Shown piece by piece: positions 9,997 through 18,642 of a stretch of DNA of 64,000 nucleotides. Under the pieces are notes generated by a model that saw nothing but the letters and a program-made list of their open reading frames with translations, did no database searches and had not been told where the DNA came from. The number at the start of each line of letters is the position of its first letter. Within the stretch, counting starts at the first letter, position 1. The DNA lies in assembly GCA_003222675.1 (NCBI GenBank), contig QHWT01000062.1, positions 1,447 to 65,446 on the forward strand, in the 5' to 3' direction. This stretch comes from Acidobacteriota bacterium (GTDB taxonomy: Bacteria > Acidobacteriota > Vicinamibacteria > Vicinamibacterales > 2-12-FULL-66-21). The position numbers and the translations under genes were made by a program.

Positions 9997-11363
9997 GTGG
10001 CTCGGTGCGAGTACTCATCGGGATCGTCTTTGCCGCGCTGATTGCGGACGCATGGCTCGCGTACCGGAACATCAACGCGCTCCTGTCGGAGGAGCGGAAC
10101 ATCTCGGCCAGCTACATCCGCCTGAATGCCCTTCAGCGCACACTGACCGCTATCACGGACGCGGAGACGGGGCAGCGCGGGTTTCTTCTCACAGGCGACG
10201 AGGAGTACCTGGCGCCTTACGATGAGGCGCGTAAGGCGATCGAAACCGATCTTCGCGCTCTGCGACAGATGTGGCCTGATGCCGCCGGCGGGGATTTCGA
10301 CGCGCTCGATCGCCTCGTGCAATCCAAGCTGGGCGAGCTGCAGCGGACCATCGCGCTCCGCCGCGAAGGAAGGCTGACCGCGGCGGAGGCGATCGTGAGG
10401 CGCGGCCAGGGCAAGGCGCAGATGGAGACGATCCGCGCCGTCGTCGACACGCTGCGATCGGATGAACAGGCGCACCTGACAAGGTCCACGCTCAAGTCGG
10501 CCAGCGCTCGCGAGACTGCCTTCGTTACGGCCGCCTTCGCCACCTCAGTCGCCTTTGTCGCGGTGCTCCTGTGCCTGCGGCTGTTACGGCACGATCTCGA
10601 GCAGCGCAGCCGTCTTGCGGAGGAACGCGCGGAGCTCCTCCGCCGCGAGCAGCACGCGCGCACCCAAGCGGAAGCCGCGAATCGGCTGAAGGACGACTTT
10701 CTTGCGGCGCTCTCACACGAGCTTCGCAATCCGCTCCACGCCGTCGTCGGATGGCTGCAGATCCTGCGGCAGCGTCCGGACGACCTCGCGCTGCGCGCGC
10801 GGGCGATGGAAACCGTCGAGCGCAACGCGCGAGCGCTGCAGCGGATGATCGAGGATCTGCTCGACGCCTCGCGGGCGTCGCGCGGCAAGCTCGAGTTGGA
10901 CCTGGCGCCGACCGCGATCGGAACACTCGTCACGTCAGTGCTGGAAACGGTCCGCCCGAGCGCAGCATCGAAAGGCGTTGAATTGACGGAGCACCTGGCG
11001 GCAGCGGGCGCTGTCGTCAACGGCGATTACGATCGTCTCGCACAGGTCGCGATCAATCTGGTGTCGAATGCGATCAAGTTCACGCCGGAGGGAGGTCGCG
11101 TCGACGTGTCGCTCGCGCAAGAGCCAGACGCGGTCGTTATCAGAGTGAAGGATACGGGCCGAGGCATCAGTGCCGCGGGGACGGACGGAGGCCTCGGCCT
11201 CGGCCTGTCGATCGCGAAACAGATCGTCGAGCTGCACGGCGGAACGATCGCCGCGACGAGCGACGGCGCGGGCAGAGGCGCATCGTTCATCGTTCGCCTT
11301 CCGCCAGCCCGGCTCGGCGCGGGCAGCGAGGCGGATGTTCTCGCTCACGACGCGCGATCCTGA
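9978..11363 (+). CDS. CHASE3-domain sensor histidine kinase
   Basis: One N-terminal TM segment. CHASE3-like segment ETGQRGFLLTGDEEYLAPY. H-box LSHELRNPL, N-box LVSNAIKFT, G1 DTGRGI and G2 GGLGLGLSI. The G1-G2 spacing is unusually short. Confidence 0.85.
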   Translation: MGRRSVSGSVRVLIGIVFAALIADAWLAYRNINALLSEERNISASYIRLNALQRTLTAITDAETGQRGFLLTGDEEYLAPYDEARKAIETDLRALRQMWPDAAGGDFDALDRLVQSKLGELQRTIALRREGRLTAAEAIVRRGQGKAQMETIRAVVDTLRSDEQAHLTRSTLKSASARETAFVTAAFATSVAFVAVLLCLRLLRHDLEQRSRLAEERAELLRREQHARTQAEAANRLKDDFLAALSHELRNPLHAVVGWLQILRQRPDDLALRARAMETVERNARALQRMIEDLLDASRASRGKLELDLAPTAIGTLVTSVLETVRPSAASKGVELTEHLAAAGAVVNGDYDRLAQVAINLVSNAIKFTPEGGRVDVSLAQEPDAVVIRVKDTGRGISAAGTDGGLGLGLSIAKQIVELHGGTIAATSDGAGRGASFIVRLPPARLGAGSEADVLAHDARS

Positions 11364-11434
11364 AGCGTCCTCGCATGTAGACGGCGGACCGTGACACCCG
11401 CAGAATTCCAGCCCGAGCGAGAGGACGGGATAAG

Positions 11435-12484
11435 ATGCGGCGCATGCATCGACGCCGGTTCGTGCAGACGCTCGGCCTGGCCTCGATCGCTGCACACCTG
11501 CGGCTGCCGAGTCTTGCGGCGGCGCCCTCGCTGCTGAAGCCGAAGCGGCTCGCCGCGGGCCACACCGTTGCGCTGATCAGCCCGGCGAGCGCTACGTTCG
11601 AGTCGATTGAGGTGCGGATTGCGAAGGAGTCGCTCGAGGCCCTCGGCCTGACGGTCCGGCTCGGCGCGCATATGATGGAGCGCCACGGTTACCTGGGCGG
11701 CGACGACAAGGCGCGCGCGGCAGATATCAACGCGTTCTTCGCAGACTAGGAGGTGGCCGCGATTCATCCGATTCGTGGCGGCTGGGGCAGCAGCCGCGTC
11801 CTTCCGTATGTCAACTTCGACGTGATTCGGCGGAACCCGAAGATCCTGCTCGGCTACAGCGATATCACCGCGCTGCTGCTCTCGGTTCACGCGAAAACCG
11901 GCCTGATCACGTTTCACGGGCCGATCGGCATGGGACGCTGGGACGCGTTTTCCATCGACTACTACAAGCGCGTGCTGTTCGACGGCGAGCTCCTCACATA
12001 TCAGAACAAGCGCGATCTGTCGGATCGGAACGCCCTGACGCAGACCGAATTCCGGGTGCAGACCATCACCCCCGGAACGGCGCGCGGTCGACTGATCGGC
12101 GGCAATCTGACGGTGCTGACGGCCATCATCGGATCGCCGTACTTGCCCGAATGGGACAACGCGATCCTGTTCACGGAAGACGTCCACGAAGAACCGTATC
12201 GCATCGATCGGATGCTGACGCAGCTGAAGCTCGCCGGCGTGCTCAATCGCATCAAGGCATTCATCTTCGGGAGCTGCTCCGAGTGCACTCCAGGCGAGGG
12301 AAGCTACGGCGCGTTGACGCTCGAGGAGATTTTCAACGATCACATCAGGCCGCTGGGGATCCCGGCGTGGCAGGGGGCGATGATCGGTCATCAGCAGCCG
12401 CAGTGGACGCTGCCGGAAGGTGTGGAGGTGGAGATCGACGCCTCCGCCGGGACCATCCGGCTGCTCGAATCGCCTGTCGCCTAG
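11435..12484 (+). pseudogene. Tat-signal LD-carboxypeptidase (peptidase S66) interrupted by one in-frame TAG at 11747-11749
   Basis: ORFs 11435-11749 and 11753-12484 are in the same frame, separated only by TAG plus GAG. The joined sequence reads ..INAFFAD*EVAAIHPIRGGWGSSR... GYSDITAL (nucleophile Ser) and a downstream His and Glu are retained. Twin-arginine motif HRRRFVQTLG. Confidence 0.75.
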
Positions 12485-14547
12485 CGGCATGCCGCGATCG
12501 CAATGCGATCGATCGCGTCCCCTTCCTGGATATCGTCCACGACGCTCATGTCCGACGCGAACGCGCGGGCAAAGATCGTGTAGTCGTAATCGAGCCGCGG
12601 GTTGTCGACCAGATTGATGTAGAACTGCGCGTCGCCCGTGTTGCGGCCACGGATTGAGAGGCCCACTGTTCCCCTGCCGTTCGTATCCTGGATTTCGTCG
12701 CGCATGTATTGTTTCTGACCCGCATATTCGTTCGCGCCGGGACTGCCGCCCTGGATGATGAAGTTCGGCACGATGCGATGGAACGTGAGCCCGTCGTAGT
12801 AGTGATCCTGAACAGCCAGCTTCACAAAGTGCCCGGCGGCAATCGGCGCGGCGTGGTGCGCCATCGACATCCGGAATGCCCGTCCGTTCTTCAGCTGTAC
12901 TCGGACGCACCGCTCCGCGGTGAGCGGGTCGGCCGCCTCGTGCGTCATCAGCCGCACCTCCGGGACGGCCGGCTGCCCTTGCCATCTGCTGAGCAGCTCC
13001 GCAACACGCATCGCAATCTTCGGATCGAAATCTTTCAACAGCGCGGCGAGATCGGACGCGTTTTCGCGTCGGCCGTGCACTTCGATTGCGTCCAGCAGCG
13101 CCGTGCGCGTGTCGCGCGAGGTGTCCTTGCCCTCGCGTGTGACACGGAGCAGCGCGTCTGCAAGAGGTCGGAACAACCTCCCGGCCGGCGGCGCCTCCTT
13201 CAGCAGCAATCCCGTCGTCCGCAACAGTTGGTAGTCGGTCCGGCCGAGCGCGGCGATGAGCGCCGCCTCGCCGGCCTCCGGCTTCAATTTTTGCAGCGGC
13301 GTCAGGGCGGCTTCACGCACGTTGTCGTTCGTGTCGTAGGCGAGCTTCTCCAGAGTCAGGCTGTCTTCCATCGCCGCTGCGGCGCGCGCGGCATACATCC
13401 GCACCTGCCACACGGGATGCGAGGAGAACGCCGGCATCGACGTGGCTGCCTGTTCCGGCGATCGCTTGGCGAGCGCCACGAACGCATGGGCTTCGCGGTG
13501 CCACGAGCCGATGACCGGAGGCGTGCGCGCCTCTGCGAGAACGCGGTTCGTAACGGATTCGTCGGTTCGGCACGAGTCACCGGTTGCATCGATCGCCGCG
13601 AGCGCGACGTGCGGTGAGGGATCGCGGAAGGCATCGAGCAGCGCCGCGCAGCCCCCGGTCGGCACGACACGCCGCAGGAGTGCGCGCAGCGATTCATAGC
13701 GCACGAGAGCCGAACGATCGTCGAGACCGCGCTTGATGTCACCGGCGCGCTCCGCACCATTTACCGCAGCTGCGTTTCCCGCCAGCGCTCCCATGGCCAC
13801 GCGCCTGACCTGCTCGTCCGCGTCTTCCAGGGCAACATCGAGCGACCGATTGTCGAGAGCCCGTGCGGCGATCATCGCCATCAGCGCATAGAGGCGCACC
13901 TCCGGCTTGTCGTTGGGGTTCCTGTTCGACACGACAGAGGCGAGTCCGCGCCGTGTCTCGGGTTCGAACGCGACAACGCTGGTATTGAGGCGTGCCAGCA
14001 ACTCGAAGCTCCGCACCGCAGACGCGCGGATGGCCAGGACCTGCGGGTCGGCCCTGGTCGCGTCCAGGATTCTGAGCAGGACGTGTTCCGCCCGGCTGAC
14101 ATCTTCCGGCGTCAGATACCGAATCCGCCCAAGCGCCACGACGCCGGCGGCCGAGCGAACGTCACCGTTCCCGGCAAGATGGCGCAGGCGCTCTCCGACG
14201 ACGCTGATCGTTGCCGGGTCCCGCTGTGGATCGAAACCCGCGAGCGCTTGCGCGATCGCATCGGCCGCGGCGGGTGCGACGGCGGGTCTGGCGAGCAGCG
14301 CGACCAATTGCGGAAGCAGCGATGGATCTTCCAGGCGCCCGACGGCGCGGAGAGCGTAGCGCGCGGTTGCGGTGTCCTGCGAATTGGCGAGCGGCAGCAG
14401 AATGTCGGCTCCTGCCCAGTGCCGCTCCGCGTTCAAGACGATCGCCGGCTCGCCACTGCCGTCGCTCCACGGCGTCGTGTCGCGCGACCGCCCGATCATC
14501 TGCTGAGCCAGCAGCACGGCCACCAACAGGAGCACGACAGGCCTCAC
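12481..14547 (-). CDS. HEAT-repeat protein fused to C-terminal cyclophilin-type peptidyl-prolyl isomerase
   Basis: C-terminal FHRIVPNFIIQGG..GTVGLS..NTGDAQFYINL cyclophilin signature. Long helical-repeat N-terminal region. GTG start. Confidence 0.8.
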   Translation of the reverse strand: MRPVVLLLVAVLLAQQMIGRSRDTTPWSDGSGEPAIVLNAERHWAGADILLPLANSQDTATARYALRAVGRLEDPSLLPQLVALLARPAVAPAAADAIAQALAGFDPQRDPATISVVGERLRHLAGNGDVRSAAGVVALGRIRYLTPEDVSRAEHVLLRILDATRADPQVLAIRASAVRSFELLARLNTSVVAFEPETRRGLASVVSNRNPNDKPEVRLYALMAMIAARALDNRSLDVALEDADEQVRRVAMGALAGNAAAVNGAERAGDIKRGLDDRSALVRYESLRALLRRVVPTGGCAALLDAFRDPSPHVALAAIDATGDSCRTDESVTNRVLAEARTPPVIGSWHREAHAFVALAKRSPEQAATSMPAFSSHPVWQVRMYAARAAAAMEDSLTLEKLAYDTNDNVREAALTPLQKLKPEAGEAALIAALGRTDYQLLRTTGLLLKEAPPAGRLFRPLADALLRVTREGKDTSRDTRTALLDAIEVHGRRENASDLAALLKDFDPKIAMRVAELLSRWQGQPAVPEVRLMTHEAADPLTAERCVRVQLKNGRAFRMSMAHHAAPIAAGHFVKLAVQDHYYDGLTFHRIVPNFIIQGGSPGANEYAGQKQYMRDEIQDTNGRGTVGLSIRGRNTGDAQFYINLVDNPRLDYDYTIFARAFASDMSVVDDIQEGDAIDRIAIAACR

Positions 14548-14572
14548 GATTCATTCCGCGGGTTCAAGACAT

Positions 14573-14623
14573 CCGGCGGGTCTGAAGACCACCCTACCTG
14601 TAGGCCGGGTCTTCAGACCCGGC
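14573..14623. repeat. REP-like palindromic element (copy 1)
   Basis: Sequence CCGGCGGGTCTGAAGACCACCCTACCTGTAGGCCGGGTCTTCAGACCCGGCG. Its reverse complement aligns with 55002-55066. Confidence 0.8.
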
Positions 14624-16562
14624 GTTTCCCTGAGTACTCCAGCATCTGCGTCGTGAGATCCAGCGGGTACGAGATCTTGACGTCGATGATCGCGCCGTCA
14701 CTGTCGCGAATCGCCTCGAGGCGCGGCTGCACGAAACCCGTGTACGACGGCATCTGCAGATGATCGACGCGCGCAACGATTTCGTCTCGCAACGCAGGGT
14801 CGAAATGCACGCCGTAGGTCTCGAACAGGTGCCGGGCCACCTCATAATCCCCTTCAGCTTTGATCCGCTGCACCTCTGCGAGCAGCCGCCCCACGCCGTC
14901 CTGAAATGACTTGATGTCCGAGACGACGTAGTAGGTCTTGTCGTCGCGGCGGCGGGATTCGATTGCTCCGGAATTCTCCATCAGCCACCGGACGATCATC
15001 TGCCGGTTGCGCATGTGGTCTTCTTCAATCTGCGTTCCTTCGCGCACGCGCCGCAACTGCACCAGCGCGTTGCGCGCGTAGCCCTCGTACTCCGCTTGCA
15101 CGATCTGCTCGTGATCCTCGGCATCGACGAGGCCGAGCTCGACGAGCTTTGGATCGGGGACGAAGTAGAGCGCGACGAGATCCGCGCGCGATTCCTCGAG
15201 CGCCGAGTACTGCTCCTTCAGCGCGCCCTGGGGGTTGCCGTTCAACCGTTCCGAGATGCGGCCCGATCCGTGCCCGATCACTTCGTGCATGTTCGTGGTC
15301 AGCTCGCCCGCCACGCTGCTCCAGCGTTCGGCGCGCTCCGCTTCCTCCGGCGACCACGCGAACTCGCGGCGGAATTCAGCAGACGTCGACTTGTCGTACG
15401 CGAGGTTCACGTTCGACAGCGACACGGACTTGCTGCCGTACTCTTCGCGGATCGTCTGGTCGTTCGGGAGGTTGATTCCAACGGGGGTCACCGGCCCCGA
15501 GTCGCCGCTCTCGACGACCACGTCGATCGCGTTCGCGGACACGCCGCGGACACCCTGTTTCTTGTAGCGGTCGTCCCACGGCATCCGGTCCTCGAACCAC
15601 TGGGCTTCGGCCGCGAGCTTGCGGATCCCTTCCGTCTTATGCGGGTTGACGTAGTAGACGAGCGCTTCCCAGGCGCCCTTCGTGCCGCGCGCGTCCATGT
15701 AGACCTCGACGAACCCGTTGATCGTGTCGACCGGCGAGTGGCGGTCCTGGACCCACGCGATATCGTAGGCAATCCGGTCCGCCGTCTGGCCGGTCTGATA
15801 GAACTTGATCAAGGCGCGGAGCGCCGTCGCCATCGTCGTGGTCGCGTACGGCACCGCCGCCTCCAGGTGCTGCACGATCTGCCGGATGTAGGCGTCGTAG
15901 CGGCCGCCGACTCGATACACTTCTTCAACGAGCTTGCCCTCTCGTTTCACCAGGCGTGAATTCAGCGGATGCGTCTCGGCGAAATTCGCGATCTCCTCCA
16001 TCGTGACGCCGGCGTAGAGATTATTCGCGCTGGCCGACAGGATGTCGCGGCCGGGACCCGGCGTTTTGTTCGTAACGATGGGATCGACAGCCAGATCGAA
16101 GAAGAGCGGCTCCATGCGGCTGAGGAGCGCGTCGAGCGTCTCGCCCTTCCGCAGCGGAAACGTCGCCCCATTCTGCTCCGCCTGCCGCGCTGCCGCCGCG
16201 AAGCCGGCCGGAGTGCATTTCAGCACGAATTTCCGCGCCGTCAGATTGTTGTACGGCCCGGTATTGATCCAGAACAGCTTCGTGTAGCGCTCGATCTCCG
16301 CGAGCGTCGCCTCTGGTATTCCTTCCGGATGCGTGATGATTTCCTCGAGGACCTCCCGCATCTCGAGATTGTAGGCGTAACGCTGGTCGTAATAGATGTC
16401 GCGGCCCGCGAGCGCCGCTTCGTAGAGGTGATAAATCAGGATCTTCTGATCGATCGGCAGCTCGTCGTACCCGTCCGCATACAGCTGGACGACGGCGGCA
16501 TCATCGACGCGCTCGAGCAGATACGGACGCGTGTCCACATGCGAGGCGACTGGGGTGCTCAT
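14613..16562 (-). CDS. M49-family dipeptidyl-peptidase III-like zinc peptidase (no signal peptide)
   Basis: HEVIGHGSG (HExxGH) and EESRADL (EExRAD) motifs. ATG at 16562 overlaps the upstream stop as ATGA. The longer listed ORF is an upstream extension through the neighbouring gene. Confidence 0.85.
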   Translation of the reverse strand: MSTPVASHVDTRPYLLERVDDAAVVQLYADGYDELPIDQKILIYHLYEAALAGRDIYYDQRYAYNLEMREVLEEIITHPEGIPEATLAEIERYTKLFWINTGPYNNLTARKFVLKCTPAGFAAAARQAEQNGATFPLRKGETLDALLSRMEPLFFDLAVDPIVTNKTPGPGRDILSASANNLYAGVTMEEIANFAETHPLNSRLVKREGKLVEEVYRVGGRYDAYIRQIVQHLEAAVPYATTTMATALRALIKFYQTGQTADRIAYDIAWVQDRHSPVDTINGFVEVYMDARGTKGAWEALVYYVNPHKTEGIRKLAAEAQWFEDRMPWDDRYKKQGVRGVSANAIDVVVESGDSGPVTPVGINLPNDQTIREEYGSKSVSLSNVNLAYDKSTSAEFRREFAWSPEEAERAERWSSVAGELTTNMHEVIGHGSGRISERLNGNPQGALKEQYSALEESRADLVALYFVPDPKLVELGLVDAEDHEQIVQAEYEGYARNALVQLRRVREGTQIEEDHMRNRQMIVRWLMENSGAIESRRRDDKTYYVVSDIKSFQDGVGRLLAEVQRIKAEGDYEVARHLFETYGVHFDPALRDEIVARVDHLQMPSYTGFVQPRLEAIRDSDGAIIDVKISYPLDLTTQMLEYSGKRRV

Positions 16563-18640
16563 CGGCTCGGTCCGCTCCCGGCGGACTGCCCGGACTTCAA
16601 GGAGGCGTCGTACATCGCGCCGTACTCGAGGTACTGCCCGACAGCGTCGCGTGGGTAGGACATCTTCACAGAGGTCACGTTGGCGGCCCCATCGATCGTA
16701 GCCGTCAGCTTCGTGTTGACACCGGCCCAGTACGTCGGCAGATTGAGCCGCTTGAAGCGGGCCACGACCTGGTCGCGCAGGGCGGGATCGAAGCGGACGC
16801 CATATCGATCGACGAGCGTCTTGATCGCGCCGTAATCCCCTTCCGCCTTGATGCGCATCAATTCCGCGAGCAGCTGCCCGACGCCCCCGCGCATCTTCTG
16901 ATAATCCGTGACGCGCACGAACGTTTTGCCGCCGCGATCGAAGTACTCGATCGCTCCCGTCTTGTCCTTGATGTAGTTGGCGATCAACTGGCGGTCGCGC
17001 TGGTGATCTTCTTCGATGGTCTCCCCTTTCGGAATCCGGCGGAGCTGCGTCAGTGGTGCGCGCGCTGCATCGTCGTACATCGCGCGCGCGATTTCCTCCT
17101 GGTTCTGCACGAGATCCAGCGTCTTCAGCTTCGGATCCCAGATGTTCCACAGGCCCATCAGATCCGCGCGGGCTTCTTCGAGCGTCGAGAAGTACTCCTT
17201 CAGGTATTTCTGGGGCCCCTCCTGCACCCGTTCGCTGAGTTTCCCGGAGCCGTGGCCGATAACTTCGTGCATCGCCGTCAACAGGTCTTCAGCTTCGTCG
17301 CTGTAGCGTGCGTTGCGCTCGGCCTCTTCAGGCGACGCCGCGAACTCATTGATGGACGAGCCTGCGGCGCTCAGCGCGTGGCTGCTTCCGAGCAGCAGGA
17401 AATTCTTCGTGCCGTACTTCTCGTGAATCTCGTTTTCGTTCGGCAGGTTGTCGCCAATCGTGCTGACGTGGAAATCTCCCGTCTCGATGAGCACCTCGAC
17501 GGCCTTCACCACCGGCGGTTGAAAGTCCTGCTTCTTGTACTTCGCGTCCCACGGCGCCTTCTGCTCGAAGTACGCGGCATTGTCGGCGAGCTTGCGCATG
17601 GCATCGCTCACCGCGCGATCCGTGACGGTCACGAAGCTCTGTGAGCTGCCCTTTGCGCCGCGCGCGTCACGATAAACCTCGATGAACCCGTTCGCGAAAT
17701 CAACCGTCGGATCGTTCTGCACCCAGTCGCCGCCGAACTGCAGCCAGTCCTTCGGGTCTCCCGTTTGATAGAACTGGATGAGATCCCCGATCACCTTCGC
17801 TTGCGCGCCGTCCGCGAGGCCACGCGCCTTCTCCAGGCACTCGATCGCCCGCTTCAAATACGTCGCATACAGTCCGGGCGGCACGCGGCCGTCTGCTGTG
17901 CCGGCACGATAGACCTCTTCGTGGAGAGAACCGTCGGCGCCTTTGACCACGCGAGAGTTCAGCGGGTAATGCTCCTGAAAGTCTTTCAGATCGGCGAGCG
18001 TGGCGCCGCGATAGAACGTATTGGAGCTCGCCTGCAGAATGTCCTGGCCGGACGGAGGCGTTTTCGCGGTCGCCATCGGCTCGAACGCCGGATCGAAAAT
18101 GGCGGCCTGGAGCGCCGCTACTTCGCGCTTCACCTCGTCGGCCGAGCGCAGCGGTGGCAGGTCTGCAGACGACGATGCGAATGCGCCTTTCGCGTGCGCG
18201 GCGAGCGCCGCCGCCGTCAGCTCCTCGGGTGTGAAGGATGGTACGAACTTCTGCGCCGTCGTCTCGTTGTGGTTGCCACGGTTCGCCCAGAACAGCAGGG
18301 CATAGGTTCTGAGCTTGTCGAATACGTCTTTCGATGCGCCCGCGCCACCGTGCGCGATCACTCCTTCGAGCAGCCGCTTCTCGCGAAGGCCATAAGCCGA
18401 CAGCTGGTCGTAGATGATGGGATCGATAGCGATGGACGCCTGCGTCAGCCAGAAAGCCAGGGCCTGCTGCCGTGGCGCCAACTGGCTGAAGCTCGCGGAC
18501 CGGAGCTGAATGAAGCCGATATCGCCGACGCGTTCGACGAGCGACGTGGCAGCAGCACGCGCCGCTGTCGGCGCCTGAGCCTGGGGCGCAGCGGCCATGA
18601 TGGTAAAACACAACCCGATCGAGAGGGCAGGGCGTTTCAT
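16559..18640 (-). CDS. M49-family dipeptidyl-peptidase III-like zinc peptidase (secreted paralog)
   Basis: Signal peptide MKRPALSIGLCFTIMAAAPQAQA. HEVIGHGSG and EEARADL motifs. Paralogous to the downstream gene. Confidence 0.85.
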   Translation of the reverse strand: MKRPALSIGLCFTIMAAAPQAQAPTAARAAATSLVERVGDIGFIQLRSASFSQLAPRQQALAFWLTQASIAIDPIIYDQLSAYGLREKRLLEGVIAHGGAGASKDVFDKLRTYALLFWANRGNHNETTAQKFVPSFTPEELTAAALAAHAKGAFASSSADLPPLRSADEVKREVAALQAAIFDPAFEPMATAKTPPSGQDILQASSNTFYRGATLADLKDFQEHYPLNSRVVKGADGSLHEEVYRAGTADGRVPPGLYATYLKRAIECLEKARGLADGAQAKVIGDLIQFYQTGDPKDWLQFGGDWVQNDPTVDFANGFIEVYRDARGAKGSSQSFVTVTDRAVSDAMRKLADNAAYFEQKAPWDAKYKKQDFQPPVVKAVEVLIETGDFHVSTIGDNLPNENEIHEKYGTKNFLLLGSSHALSAAGSSINEFAASPEEAERNARYSDEAEDLLTAMHEVIGHGSGKLSERVQEGPQKYLKEYFSTLEEARADLMGLWNIWDPKLKTLDLVQNQEEIARAMYDDAARAPLTQLRRIPKGETIEEDHQRDRQLIANYIKDKTGAIEYFDRGGKTFVRVTDYQKMRGGVGQLLAELMRIKAEGDYGAIKTLVDRYGVRFDPALRDQVVARFKRLNLPTYWAGVNTKLTATIDGAANVTSVKMSYPRDAVGQYLEYGAMYDASLKSGQSAGSGPSR

Positions 18641-18642
18641 AA

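Noticed and set aside
14551-14572. GCGGGTTCAAGAC resembling a tRNA T-loop in the spacer upstream of 14547.
   Set aside because: The flanks have no complementary T-stem, acceptor stem or anticodon arm. I found no convincing tRNA cloverleaf anywhere in the window.
16563-17150. N-terminal extensions of the two M49 peptidase ORFs as listed (14613-17150 and 16559-19114).
   Set aside because: The extensions run through the preceding genes in another frame and are Arg-rich nonsense. Internal ATGs at 16562 and 18640 give sensible N-termini and tidy 4-nt and 2-nt junctions.
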